Shown one piece after another: positions 42,358-52,048 of a stretch of 64,000 nucleotides of DNA. How positions within the stretch are numbered: position 1 is the stretch's first letter; every line of letters begins with the position of its first letter. The position numbers and the translations under genes were made by a program. The DNA is taken from assembly GCF_947495565.1 (NCBI RefSeq), contig NZ_CANLZM010000012.1:116689-180688 (forward strand), in the 5' to 3' direction. The DNA comes from an uncultured Pontibacter sp. GTDB taxonomy: Bacteria; Bacteroidota; Bacteroidia; Cytophagales; Hymenobacteraceae. The notes beneath the pieces are model-generated. The model saw only the letters and a list, made by a program, of their open reading frames with translations. It did no database searches and was not told where the DNA came from.

Positions 42358-42390
42358 AAAGCCACTCCTGCTATGGGAGTGGCTTTATTT
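42358..42390 (+). terminator. Terminator after kbl
   Basis: AAAGCCACTCC/GGAGTGGCTTT stem plus T-run. Confidence 0.75.
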
Positions 42391-42428
42391 TTTCCTAACT
42401 TGTACCACACTCAGGATAAATCAGCAGT

Positions 42429-42716
42429 ATGGATAACATCAAGATAAAGCCGGGGCAAGTGTTGTTGGGTACAGTGCTGTCGTGGATGGTGATCTCGTTT
42501 CTGGCTTACACTACGGCAGGTATTCGTGGCGAAGCCGACATTATGTATACGCTGTTGCAGATAGCGTTCTACTTCTCGCTGCTGCTTTCGGTGGAGGCGT
42601 ACCTGAGCATGTTGCTGAACCCGCAATGGACACGTGTGCACTTCGGCACTATTCTGCTGTTGCTAGCGCCTGCACTGCTCTACCTGATGTGGTTTGTAAG
42701 TGAAACCTTATTCTAG
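42429..42716 (+). CDS. Small membrane protein
   Basis: Three hydrophobic segments. Confidence 0.7.
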   Translation: MDNIKIKPGQVLLGTVLSWMVISFLAYTTAGIRGEADIMYTLLQIAFYFSLLLSVEAYLSMLLNPQWTRVHFGTILLLLAPALLYLMWFVSETLF

Positions 42717-42719
42717 CCC

Positions 42720-42926
42720 ATGGAGCTGTTTGCACGTAACCCCGAGATTTTCCTACTGGTCACGCTGAATTACCTGCTGGTGGCCATCGCCCTAATTCAT
42801 CTCATCTTTAAATCTGATTACCCTGTTGGGTCGCGCCTTATCTGGGTAGCTATACTATGGGTAGTGCCTGTGCTAGGCATTGCCGCCTACTGGCTGGTGT
42901 GGTACCGGCGGCAAGGAAAGCTTTAG
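42720..42926 (+). CDS. PLDc_N-like small membrane protein
   Basis: RLIWVAILWVVPVLGIAAYW motif. Confidence 0.75.
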   Translation: MELFARNPEIFLLVTLNYLLVAIALIHLIFKSDYPVGSRLIWVAILWVVPVLGIAAYWLVWYRRQGKL

Positions 42927-43065
42927 AAGTTAGAGGGTTGAAGAGTTAGAGGGTTGAAGAGTTAGAGAGTTGTTTTGGGTATTTACTGTTTCGGCCACTC
43001 TTGTTTAACAGGCTTCTGCTGCGGATTGCTAGGTAAGTATGCTTTAGCTCTTCAGTTTTTACTAC

Positions 43066-43173
43066 AGCCGCGAGATTTCATCTTGTGGCTCATCATGAGG
43101 CAAGCTCTCAGTTACAGAAGTATAAGCATAGCATGCTGCCATGCCTAACCACGAGTTGAAAACTTGCGGTTAG
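43066..43173. repeat. REP-doublet (REPIN-like) element, copy 2
   Basis: AGCCGCGAGAT-TTC-ATCTTGTGGCT ... CTAACCACGAGTT-GAA-AACTTGCGGTTAG. Confidence 0.6.
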
Positions 43174-43269
43174 TTAATGAAGATTGATATGGCTTATACT
43201 TGTGTGGCCGAAACGAAGCTTTACCTAGGTAAAGAGAACGCTGCTAAATTATCTTTCTAAGTATAAAAT

Positions 43270-44109
43270 TTACGCTGCGCTTACCGATTTCTCAGAAACG
43301 GCTGTAGCTGGCTTTTGATCTGTGTCGAACAGGAACTGGTTGAGCTTTACGCGCAGGTCGGCGGAAGAAAGATTGCGGTAAGCTTCGCCGTTGCGTACCA
43401 GCGCAATCTGTCCGGTCTCTTCGGATACAACTAAAACAATGCTGTCCGTAATTTCTGTCAGGCCGATGGCGGCGCGGTGGCGAAGGCCCATCGAAGCCGG
43501 GATTTCCTGATTTTCTGAAACCGGAAGAATGCAGCGGGCAGCCTTGATACGGTTACCGGATATGATGACGGCTCCATCGTGCAGCGGGCTGTGCTTGTTG
43601 AAGATAGACATAAGCAGCCGCTTCGAAATTACCGCGTCAATCAAATCGCCCGACTCAGCGTAGTATTTCAGTTCGGAGCTTTTCGCAAATACAATAAGAG
43701 CGCCGGTGTTCTTGCCAGCCAAAGATTTTGATGCTTCTATAAACGGCGTAAGGCTTAGTTTCTCGCTTTGTTCGCGGCGCCACGGAAAACCCCACAAACG
43801 GTCGTGGTTGAGGGAGGTGGTTTTGCCGATCAGCAGCAGGAAGCGCCGGATTTCGGGCTGGAAAAGTATAATGGCAGCCAGCACGCCCACGCCCATAAAC
43901 TGGCCAAGTATAATGGTTAACAGCTCCATGCCGGCGGCACGCACCACCAGGTAAAGCAGGTATACAGAAAGCAGGCCCAGGAAAATCTTCAGTGCCACGC
44001 TGCCTGTCAACAGCTTGTACAACTGGTACAGCAGCACCGTCACGAGCAGGATATCGATTACCTCGATCCACCCAATTTCTAAAAACCCTATGCTGAATAA
44101 AAAGATCAA
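43270..44109 (-). CDS. cdaA: Diadenylate cyclase
   Basis: Three N-terminal TM helices; PLHDGA and GLRHRAA DAC motifs; SEETG. Confidence 0.96.
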   Translation of the reverse strand: MIFLFSIGFLEIGWIEVIDILLVTVLLYQLYKLLTGSVALKIFLGLLSVYLLYLVVRAAGMELLTIILGQFMGVGVLAAIILFQPEIRRFLLLIGKTTSLNHDRLWGFPWRREQSEKLSLTPFIEASKSLAGKNTGALIVFAKSSELKYYAESGDLIDAVISKRLLMSIFNKHSPLHDGAVIISGNRIKAARCILPVSENQEIPASMGLRHRAAIGLTEITDSIVLVVSEETGQIALVRNGEAYRNLSSADLRVKLNQFLFDTDQKPATAVSEKSVSAA

Positions 44110-44981
44110 AGTTTAGTTTTCTCTAAAAGTACAATGGTTTGCTTAGCTTCTTTTACGTCGTGCACCCGCAAAATGTCGGCACCTTTCATCAACGCTACAG
44201 TGTTTACGGCTATTGTGCCGGTCAGCGCATCAGCCTGATTAATCTCCAGCGATTTGTAAACCATGGATTTGCGCGACATGCCCGCAAGCACCGGAAGGCC
44301 TAAGATACGGAAATCATCTAAATGGCAGAGCAGTTGGAAATTTTGTTCCACGGTTTTTGCAAAGCCGAAGCCAGGATCCACGATTACATCCTTCACGCCG
44401 AGCTGCTGTAGTTTAGCAAGCTGCACCTGCAGCTCACTCAGCACGTCCACCACTAAATTGTTATACTTTGTAAGGCTGGCCATGGTTTGTGGCGTGCCGC
44501 GCATGTGCATCAGTATATACGGCACCTGCAGCTTTGCCACCGTCTCAAACATGGCCTCATCCAGCAGCCCGCCTCCAACATCGTTAATAATGTGCGCACC
44601 GGCCGCTATACTTGCTTCGGCCACTTCGGCCCTAAAAGTATCCACGGAAATAACGGCTTCCGGAAAATGTTGCTGTATGGCTTCGATAGCCGGAATGATG
44701 CGGTCCTGCTCTTCCTGAGGCGAAATATCTGAAGCGCCTGGGCGGGTGCTGTAGCCGCCAATATCCAGAATATCAGCGCCTTCTGAAAGCATCTGCTCTG
44801 CTTTACGCACGGCCTCATCAGCAGAGCTCAGGCGGCTACCTAGAAAAAAGGAGTCTGGGGTTAGGTTTAGGATGCCCATTACCAGCGGCACCTCCAGCGA
44901 GAGGAGCTTTCCGCGGCAGTTTAGTGTGGAATTTTTCTTAAAAAGCGTATCTTTCGCTTCCAACGTTGGCATGTAAGTCAA
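44106..44981 (-). CDS. folP: Dihydropteroate synthase (true start probably about 44970)
   Basis: MGILNLTPDSF, DIGGYSTRPG, DPGFGFAK, SRK, LRVHDV. Confidence 0.97.
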   Translation of the reverse strand: MTYMPTLEAKDTLFKKNSTLNCRGKLLSLEVPLVMGILNLTPDSFFLGSRLSSADEAVRKAEQMLSEGADILDIGGYSTRPGASDISPQEEQDRIIPAIEAIQQHFPEAVISVDTFRAEVAEASIAAGAHIINDVGGGLLDEAMFETVAKLQVPYILMHMRGTPQTMASLTKYNNLVVDVLSELQVQLAKLQQLGVKDVIVDPGFGFAKTVEQNFQLLCHLDDFRILGLPVLAGMSRKSMVYKSLEINQADALTGTIAVNTVALMKGADILRVHDVKEAKQTIVLLEKTKL

Positions 44982-45009
44982 TTATTTTTAAAATTAAAGC
45001 TAAAAAGTT

Positions 45010-45562
45010 GATTAGTCAAACACAGCAGGAATATAATCAGGTAGTTCAGCGCTGCAAAGACACGTTTGTAAAAAAGACAAAGGACTATGGCACCGCCTGG
45101 CGCGTGCTTCGGCTGCCTTCCATTACCGACCAGATCTTTATCAAAGCGCAACGCATCCGCTCCATACAAGAGAAGGGCAAGCAAATGGTGGAGGATGATA
45201 TCAACGGCGAGTTTGTGGGCATCATTAACTACTGTGTTATCGCGCTGATGCAACTGAACCTGCCTGCCGGTGCACCCTTGAGCCTGTCTGCTGACGAGGT
45301 GGAGCGGGAGTATACCCACCACATAGAAGAGAACATCAAGTTGTTGAATGCCAAGAACCACGATTACGGTGAGGCCTGGCGCGACATGCGCATAAGCTCC
45401 ATTACCGATATTATCCTGATGAAGCTCTACCGCACTAAGCAGATTGAAGATAACGAGGGCCAGACGCTGATATCGGAGGGCGTGGAGGCCAACTACCGCG
45501 ACATGATCAACTATGCTGTGTTTGCGCTCATAAAATCCGGCTATGCGGAGAAGGTCGGCTAA
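45010..45562 (+). CDS. DUF1599-type protein (tandem KxxDYG domains; start approximate)
   Basis: KTKDYGTAWR and KNHDYGEAWR repeats; Y.D.INY. Confidence 0.85.
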
Positions 45563-45648
45563 GGTACGAGCTGCAAGCTCGCACCAGCAGTGGGAGTAAA
45601 CTCCTAAACTCTCTAACTTTCTAACTCTTAAACTCTCTAACTCATAAG

Positions 45649-46752
45649 ATGAAGTTTATAAGTAAATTTTTCTGGCTGTTTGTAGGAGTGCTTTTTATCT
45701 TCTCGGGCCTGATCAAGATAAACGACCCAGTAGGAACGGCTATAAAACTGGAGGAGTATTTCGAGGTTTTCTCTACAGATATTGCGCCTTTTTTCAAAAG
45801 CTTTGAGCCTTACTCGCTGTTTCTGTCCATCTTCCTGAGTGCGGCAGAAATTGTGCTGGGCGTGGCACTGCTGGTACGTTACCAACTTAAACTGGTGCTG
45901 TGGCTGCTGCTGCTCATGATCGTGTTCTTCACCTTTCTCACCTTCTACTCAGCCTGGTTTGATAAAGTGACTGATTGCGGCTGTTTCGGCGATGCCATTG
46001 TGCTGACGCCATGGGAGTCGTTTACAAAAGATGTGGTGCTGCTGGTGATGATCATGGTGCTGCTGTTTACGCAACAGTACCTGCCGGCTTTCATGCGTGC
46101 CTCCTCTGGGGCTATCATAACCATTATTACAGCGGCGCTGTCGGTAGTGGTGGGCTGGTACGCTTACGAGCACCTGCCGTACATCGACTTTAGGGCATAT
46201 AAGGAGGGAAACAATATTCCGGAGCTCATGCGCCCGTCCGCTCCGCTGCAGTACAAGTATGTGATGACCAAAGCCGGGCAGGAAGAGGAGTTTGAAGAAT
46301 ATCCAATGGACACCACTTATACTTTTAAAGAGATGGTGGCAATAAACCCCGAAGCCGGACCCAAAATAACCGACTTTAATGTTTGGAACGATGATGGCGA
46401 CTTTACCCAAGAGGTGCTGATAGGTAAGAAGCTGCTCATTATAGTGCAGAGCGTGGCGAAGGCCAAGCAGGAGAGTTTTGAAGACATAAACGCACTAGTA
46501 AAAGCTGCTGAGGCGGCTGGTATTACGCCGATGGTGGTAACCAGCAGCAGTGCCGCAGACTTTGAGGCTTTCCGGCACGAGGTAAATCTGGCCGTGCCGT
46601 ACTACTTCGGCGACGGCACCGTGCTTAAAACCATTATTCGGTCTAACCCTGGCTTGGTGCTGCTGCAGGATGGCACCGTAAAAGGTAAATGGCACCATAA
46701 CGACACGCCGGAGATGGAGGAGGTGCAGGAACTGCTGACAGATGAGGAGTAG
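45649..46752 (+). CDS. DoxX/MauE-like membrane protein with C-terminal thioredoxin-like domain (BT_3928-type)
   Basis: FIFSG.IK..DP.GT..KLEEYF, DCGCFGD, TIIRSNPG. Confidence 0.85.
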   Translation: MKFISKFFWLFVGVLFIFSGLIKINDPVGTAIKLEEYFEVFSTDIAPFFKSFEPYSLFLSIFLSAAEIVLGVALLVRYQLKLVLWLLLLMIVFFTFLTFYSAWFDKVTDCGCFGDAIVLTPWESFTKDVVLLVMIMVLLFTQQYLPAFMRASSGAIITIITAALSVVVGWYAYEHLPYIDFRAYKEGNNIPELMRPSAPLQYKYVMTKAGQEEEFEEYPMDTTYTFKEMVAINPEAGPKITDFNVWNDDGDFTQEVLIGKKLLIIVQSVAKAKQESFEDINALVKAAEAAGITPMVVTSSSAADFEAFRHEVNLAVPYYFGDGTVLKTIIRSNPGLVLLQDGTVKGKWHHNDTPEMEEVQELLTDEE

Positions 46753-46845
46753 TTAATTGTCAGTCACTAGCTGCATAGTGCTGGCTTCTCCCACTCCCCA
46801 CTTTCTAACCTTCTAACGCTATAACTTTTTAACTCCTACCCCCCG

Positions 46846-47352
46846 ATGCGAATCTTCCTGATAGGCATGATGGGCAGTGGCAAAACCACACTGGGGCGGC
46901 AGCTGGCGCAGCGGCTCGGCTATACTTTTATAGACCTTGACGAGTACCTTGTGCAGCAGCAGGGGCAAAGCGTAGCAGAAATTTTTGAGCGGCAGGGGCA
47001 GGAGTTCTTCAGAAAGTTAGAGCGGGAGGCGCTGGAAGAAGTGGCGCGGAAGTATGAAAAGGCTGTCATTTCTACCGGAGGAGGAGCGCCCTGCTTCTTT
47101 AATAACATCGGATTTATTAACCAGTTTGGGGTAAGTTTTTACCTGAAAGTGCCTGTTGACCAACTGGTGCATAGGTTGTTAGCGCAGGGGCAGGCAGAGC
47201 GCCCGTTGCTGGCTGGCAAGAACCCCGCAGAATTAAATTTATACCTTACCGAAACATTAGCCCATCGAAAGCAGTTCTACGAACGCGCGACCCATACTTT
47301 ATCTGGGGCCAACGCCACAACCGAAACCTTTTTGCGCCTGCTCAACCTATAG
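46846..47352 (+). CDS. aroK: Shikimate kinase
   Basis: GMMGSGKTT, DLD, STGGGAPC, RPLL. Confidence 0.96.
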   Translation: MRIFLIGMMGSGKTTLGRQLAQRLGYTFIDLDEYLVQQQGQSVAEIFERQGQEFFRKLEREALEEVARKYEKAVISTGGGAPCFFNNIGFINQFGVSFYLKVPVDQLVHRLLAQGQAERPLLAGKNPAELNLYLTETLAHRKQFYERATHTLSGANATTETFLRLLNL

Positions 47353-47454
47353 CAGACACACCTCGTTAATAGCAATACGACCGGCTGCTAAATGTGGCCT
47401 GAATTTAAAATTTAAGTAGTTTTGCAGCGTTAACCGATACAGCAAAATCTAACT

Positions 47455-48063
47455 ATGAAACCTAATCACAAAGGAAGCGCACAGCTTTTTAAAAATCCGA
47501 TTCTGGAGAAGATGACCAGAACGCACATCGCCCTGCCTATCTCAATTTTTCTGATCATAGCTACGGGGCTGGTTTATTATGGTATAACTAATGGATTTAT
47601 CAATATATTGGAAGCCATTGGGTTCTTTTTCCTAGGCTGGTTTATTTTTACGCTGATGGAGTACCTGGCGCACCGTTACGTATTCCATATGGATACCAAT
47701 ACGCCGTTTAAGGCGCGCTTGCAGTATCTGTTTCACGGAAACCACCACGAGTATCCTAAAGACAAAAAGCGCCTGGCTATGCCGCCGGTGGTAAGTATAC
47801 TTTACGCTTCCGCCTTTTTCTTTATCTTTAAGATAGTCTTTGGCACGTTTGTGTTTGGGGTGGTAGCCGGAATGTTATTTGGCTATGCCATGTATCTTGG
47901 GGTGCATTACATAGTGCATGCCTATCCGCCGCCCAAAAGTTTCCTGAAGCAGCTTTGGATCAACCACAGTATCCACCACTATAAAGACCATGACAAAGCC
48001 TTTGGCGTGTCTTCACCGCTATGGGATTATATACTGGGCACTATGCCGAAACGAAATAAATAG
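47455..48063 (+). CDS. Fatty acid hydroxylase/sterol desaturase family protein
   Basis: His boxes HRYVFH, HGNHH, HYIVH, HSIHH; FGVSSPLWD. Confidence 0.92.
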   Translation: MKPNHKGSAQLFKNPILEKMTRTHIALPISIFLIIATGLVYYGITNGFINILEAIGFFFLGWFIFTLMEYLAHRYVFHMDTNTPFKARLQYLFHGNHHEYPKDKKRLAMPPVVSILYASAFFFIFKIVFGTFVFGVVAGMLFGYAMYLGVHYIVHAYPPPKSFLKQLWINHSIHHYKDHDKAFGVSSPLWDYILGTMPKRNK

Positions 48064-48122
48064 TTTATCGAAAGTATAATACATAAAAAAAAGGAGCCTT
48101 AAGGGCTCCTTTTTCATTTCGT

Positions 48123-48293
48123 TTATCTTCTAAACTTTCGGAAAAGCCAGGAGATCAGCAGTACGATCAGCACAATAATAATCAGGGCTGTCCACATGCC
48201 GGCCTCAAAAATATCTCCTACCAGCTCGCAGCTACTCATGGTAAAGGTTAGCAGCACGAGCACTGCCATCAGAAACGGTTTTATATTTTTCAT
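48123..48293 (-). CDS. Small membrane lipoprotein (56 aa; not in the ORF track)
   Basis: Own translation MKNIKPFLMAVLVLLTFTMSSCELVGDIFEAGMWTALIIIVLIVLLISWLFRKFRR; lipobox plus TM helix; shares the terminator at 48086-48115. Confidence 0.85.
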   Translation of the reverse strand: MKNIKPFLMAVLVLLTFTMSSCELVGDIFEAGMWTALIIIVLIVLLISWLFRKFRR

Positions 48294-48969
48294 AGTTTTA
48301 TACTTTAGTTATTGCGCTAGCTATAAGTAAGTATGGCAAAAGAGCTAACCAACGCTAAACATGATGATATTGCCATTTGTATGTACTGATATGGCGCTTA
48401 AAAGTTTAGCAGCGCGAATAAAGCCATTGCTTTACATAGGCAGTTTTGATGAAACTTTATATCTGGAACAGGAGATTTTATCGATAAACAGGCTGATAGA
48501 CTGGCGCCTCAGAATGCCAAAACGAACTAGCTCATGATGCCCCTTCAAGTGAAATACTGTGATTTCATTAGCTAGCGTGGCTTTAAGTATAAATATAGCC
48601 TCCAAATAGAATTGTTCTGATTGCTTCGAGCCTATTGACAGCCAGGTACAAGAACCATAAAGAAGCCAAGTAGCAAAAAAAGTCGCTCCTCTTTAACAAG
48701 GAGCGACTTTTTGCCGCTGTAGCCTATTTGATCTAGGCAACAACGATTTATACTTTTATCAATGCTCAAGCTCACTTCAGTTAACCCGCTTTCCGCCCTA
48801 TGCTCATACAACTCAATTGATTGTGCCAGGATAGAAAACGTCTAACTGTGCAGCGGTTACTTCTTTGGCAAGAGGGGCTGCCTTGCCAACTGATCCTTTC
48901 AGACCTATACTTGTTGTGCTTATAGTTAGTATTGAAGTAAGCATTAATTTATTGATGTAGTGATTATTA

Positions 48970-49797
48970 TCAGGAAACAATAAACGGCTTTACAATATCC
49001 AGCACCATTTCCATCGACAACGGCTCGTCCCAAGCCTCCCGAACAGCCATCACCGGCACTGTTGTCACGTCAGTAACCTCTACTCCTGCGTGCTTGGTGT
49101 TTTTCTCGCCGGCGTATACTGCGCTGCTGGCCATCATGAACGTTCCTCCAAATCCATCAATGCCGTCGTAATCTTCGTCTGTTATCCAGCCCTTGCGGCC
49201 ACGGATGCGCCTTACCTGCGAAGCATGGCGAGCTTCCACCGCATGTATCTGTAAGGCAACCTTCAGCAAATCGTCGTTCTCAATCAGGTTCGGAGCCTGG
49301 CCTTTATAAGCCCTTACACCCGTATCCTCGAAGGCCTGTGAAAGAGCCAGGAAGAGTTGATAGTTGCCGAATGGGCTCGGGAAAACTCCTCCTGCCGTAT
49401 AATCGAACTTACTTGGCACATCACCCAGGCTGCCGCCTAAAGATTGGATAGTAGCCTCCAGCAGTTCCACATGGATGCGCTCGTGCTCACGAATAGAAAT
49501 AAAGACATTCTGGTGCGCGTTGCTTATAATACCTGAGTTTACACCCTGGATGTAGAACTGGTACTCCAGCCTCTCTAAGGCTAAGGCAAACTTAAGCACA
49601 CCTACTACATCACTGCTTTTTGCAAAAGCCATTTTCGGCATCATAGTGAAGGCCGCCACTGGCAATGAAGCAAGCGCCACTTTTTTGGTTAGGCTTCCCA
49701 TTTTCCGGAATGCCTCTTTTCTGGACATGTAGATGTCCACTTCCTCTTCTGACTTATTTTCTATGTTAAAAGAGTTAAATAGCTTTATGAAATCCAT
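48970..49797 (-). CDS. Ferritin-like domain protein
   Basis: ALALERLE, EHE..H, FEDTGVRAY.G, VEARHA di-metal motifs. Confidence 0.9.
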   Translation of the reverse strand: MDFIKLFNSFNIENKSEEEVDIYMSRKEAFRKMGSLTKKVALASLPVAAFTMMPKMAFAKSSDVVGVLKFALALERLEYQFYIQGVNSGIISNAHQNVFISIREHERIHVELLEATIQSLGGSLGDVPSKFDYTAGGVFPSPFGNYQLFLALSQAFEDTGVRAYKGQAPNLIENDDLLKVALQIHAVEARHASQVRRIRGRKGWITDEDYDGIDGFGGTFMMASSAVYAGEKNTKHAGVEVTDVTTVPVMAVREAWDEPLSMEMVLDIVKPFIVS

Positions 49798-49811
49798 AAT
49801 ATGTCCTCCTC

Positions 49812-50528
49812 TTAAGATTTAGGTAAATTGCTCGCATCAATCTCTGTCACGATAAATGGAGATGCCATTTGAAGCACCTGCGATGGTGGCAGGGCCTCCT
49901 CCAGCCCGTCGTTTATAAAGTCTACGAAGGCTTCGTTCGGGGCAATCAAGTCAAAAATGGCTTCGGCGTGCCGCGCCTCCACAGAAACGATTTTGCCTGC
50001 TACCACCAGTAAATCTGAGCTTTTAAGAAGCGGACCTGCTCCGTTATAAGCGGCTACGCCAAGGTCTTCAAAGGTTTTAGCCGTCTGCAGCACACTTTCT
50101 CTGCTACTAAAGTCAACCGAGCTGAAGTCAAATTCTAATTTGCCGATAGCCTTATTACCCAAGGCAGCCTCGTAAAATTCGCGGTGGGCCACCTCGTGTT
50201 GTCGCAGGTCGTCCAGTACCCTTATCTCCTCAAGAGAGGCGCCCGAGTAAAAGCCACGCAATGCTACCTTAGTATAAAAAGCTGCTTCTAACTGTTCCAG
50301 GGCATAAGCATAGTTGAGGATGCCAATATCACCGCTGCCTAAATTCACCTTATCAGGGAAATTGGGGTTTTTAGGTGGGATATAATCCTCTAACATCTCG
50401 CAGCCGGAGAGCAGAATAGCGGATGTGGCCAGTGCGGCCCCGCTGTACTGTAGAAAGGACCTGCGGGAGGAGTTGTGTCCCCCTTCAGGATTGAAGCCCC
50501 TTCTTTTCAAATTGACAAAATTTGACAT
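49812..50528 (-). CDS. Ferritin-like domain protein with Tat-like lipoprotein leader
   Basis: SRRSFL...LLSGC; AYALEQLE, HEVAH, FEDLGVAAY, VEARHA; start ATG 50528 preferred. Confidence 0.88.
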   Translation of the reverse strand: MSNFVNLKRRGFNPEGGHNSSRRSFLQYSGAALATSAILLSGCEMLEDYIPPKNPNFPDKVNLGSGDIGILNYAYALEQLEAAFYTKVALRGFYSGASLEEIRVLDDLRQHEVAHREFYEAALGNKAIGKLEFDFSSVDFSSRESVLQTAKTFEDLGVAAYNGAGPLLKSSDLLVVAGKIVSVEARHAEAIFDLIAPNEAFVDFINDGLEEALPPSQVLQMASPFIVTEIDASNLPKS

Positions 50529-51067
50529 ATTAAGCTGTTTTAATTGTGAATAAAATAATTGTTTACATAATAATATTGATAAGTTAGCCTCTTGGAGCAG
50601 CATGAAACTCTTAAACTTTAAATGCCCAATTATCGCATTTAAGGTTTATGTTAATTCAGGCAAGTCTTTACAGTTTCATTGCTTTAGCTGCCGGATGTAT
50701 AAGTGTTTTAAATATAAAATGCTGATTTTTACTGTGTTGCAGCATACATACGCCTCAGCTGCTGTAGAATTGGAGTGAGTAAACCAAACAAGCTGTTAAT
50801 GTTGTATTTTTGTAAGTGAACACTTGTTTTTTCTTAGAGAAAGGCAAATCCACCTTTTCAAAGGGCAGGATTGTGTAAAATTTTGCTCTCAATTATAAGA
50901 GTAAACCAACTTGAGAATTTTTGATGTTACTCTTGCATTTTGAGTAACTTAAAACGGGTATAAGAAACGCCAAAATTTCCGCCTTTAGTAAAGGCTTGGG
51001 AGGTACAAAGATGTTTTAATTCCCGAACCAATAAAGCTGAAAAAGAACTGTTCAACTTACCACGTTT

Positions 51068-51973
51068 ATGCTGTCACACAAACATTTGATCTTCATGGAA
51101 GTGGCCAGGGTGCTGAGTTTTACAAAGGCTAGCGAGGCGCTTTTTATTAGCCAATCGGCCATTAGTAAGCAGGTAAAGAGGCTGGAGGAGTACTATAAAA
51201 CGGGACTGTTTGAGAGGAGCGGCAACAGCATAAGCCTGACAGCAGCCGGAAAACTGCTGTACCAAAAGCTGCTGGAGGCAAAGCAGCTGCAGCAAGAGCT
51301 CCATCAGGAGTTCAGTGAGTTGAACGAGCACTTCTCGCCTCAGATAAGTATGGTTATCGGTGCAAGCACCACTATTTCCCTGTACATCTTGCCACCTGTT
51401 TTGTCGGCGTTTCTGCAGCAGAACCCCAACGCGCAGCTTACCCTGAAAAACCGCAACAGCGAGAACATCGTCAAGGCCTTACTGGAGCATGAGATAGATT
51501 TAGGTATTGTGGAAGGTGTTAATAAGTTGAGCAACGTAACGTATACTCCCTTTCTCACAGACGAGGTGATAGCGGTCTGCTCCTCCAAAAACCCCCTGAA
51601 AAAGCAGCAGCTGGAACTGAAAGATCTTTATGATATACCACTTGCCCTTCGCGAGCCGGGTTCGGGTACGCTAGCGGTGCTGGCGGCGGCGCTCGAGAAA
51701 AAGAAAGTAAGGCTGCTTGACTTAACCATCAAAATCAGGTTGGGCGGTACTGAGGCGCTAAAGAATTTTGTGCGGGTAGATACCTGCCTTGCCTTTCTGC
51801 CGCGGCAGGCCGTGCTAAAGGAACTGGAGTCGGGTGAGTTGGTAGAGCTCCCTATAGAGGGGCTTACCGTTAAGAGGAACTTTAATTTTATCCAGCGAAA
51901 GGGCACCGAGAACAACTCTCCCTACAGAGAATTCATGAGGTTCATGAAACAAAGGTATTCCAAAACGGAATAA
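51068..51973 (+). CDS. LysR family regulator (CysL-like)
   Basis: SFTKASEALFISQSAISKQVKRLE HTH; GASTTI; REPGSGT. Confidence 0.93.
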   Translation: MLSHKHLIFMEVARVLSFTKASEALFISQSAISKQVKRLEEYYKTGLFERSGNSISLTAAGKLLYQKLLEAKQLQQELHQEFSELNEHFSPQISMVIGASTTISLYILPPVLSAFLQQNPNAQLTLKNRNSENIVKALLEHEIDLGIVEGVNKLSNVTYTPFLTDEVIAVCSSKNPLKKQQLELKDLYDIPLALREPGSGTLAVLAAALEKKKVRLLDLTIKIRLGGTEALKNFVRVDTCLAFLPRQAVLKELESGELVELPIEGLTVKRNFNFIQRKGTENNSPYREFMRFMKQRYSKTE

Positions 51974-52048
51974 GCTATTCCTTTTTTCCCTTTTGTTGGT
52001 TCATAGCAAATACTCTACTTGCCTAAGTAAAAGTATACCTGCTATAAC

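Noticed and set aside
42925-42968. Tandem repeats here and at 32857-32893 as possible CRISPR
   Set aside because: Units are 14-16 bp, contiguous with no unique spacers, and there are no cas genes.
43270-44981. folP-cdaA overlap suggesting a folate/c-di-AMP link
   Set aside because: To my knowledge this synteny is widespread and already noted in Bacteroidota; nothing specific here.
48361-48537. 58-aa plus-strand ORF, and a 43-aa minus-strand ORF near 48815-48946, in the long spacer
   Set aside because: No recognisable motif, promoter or signal; ORFs of this size are expected by chance.
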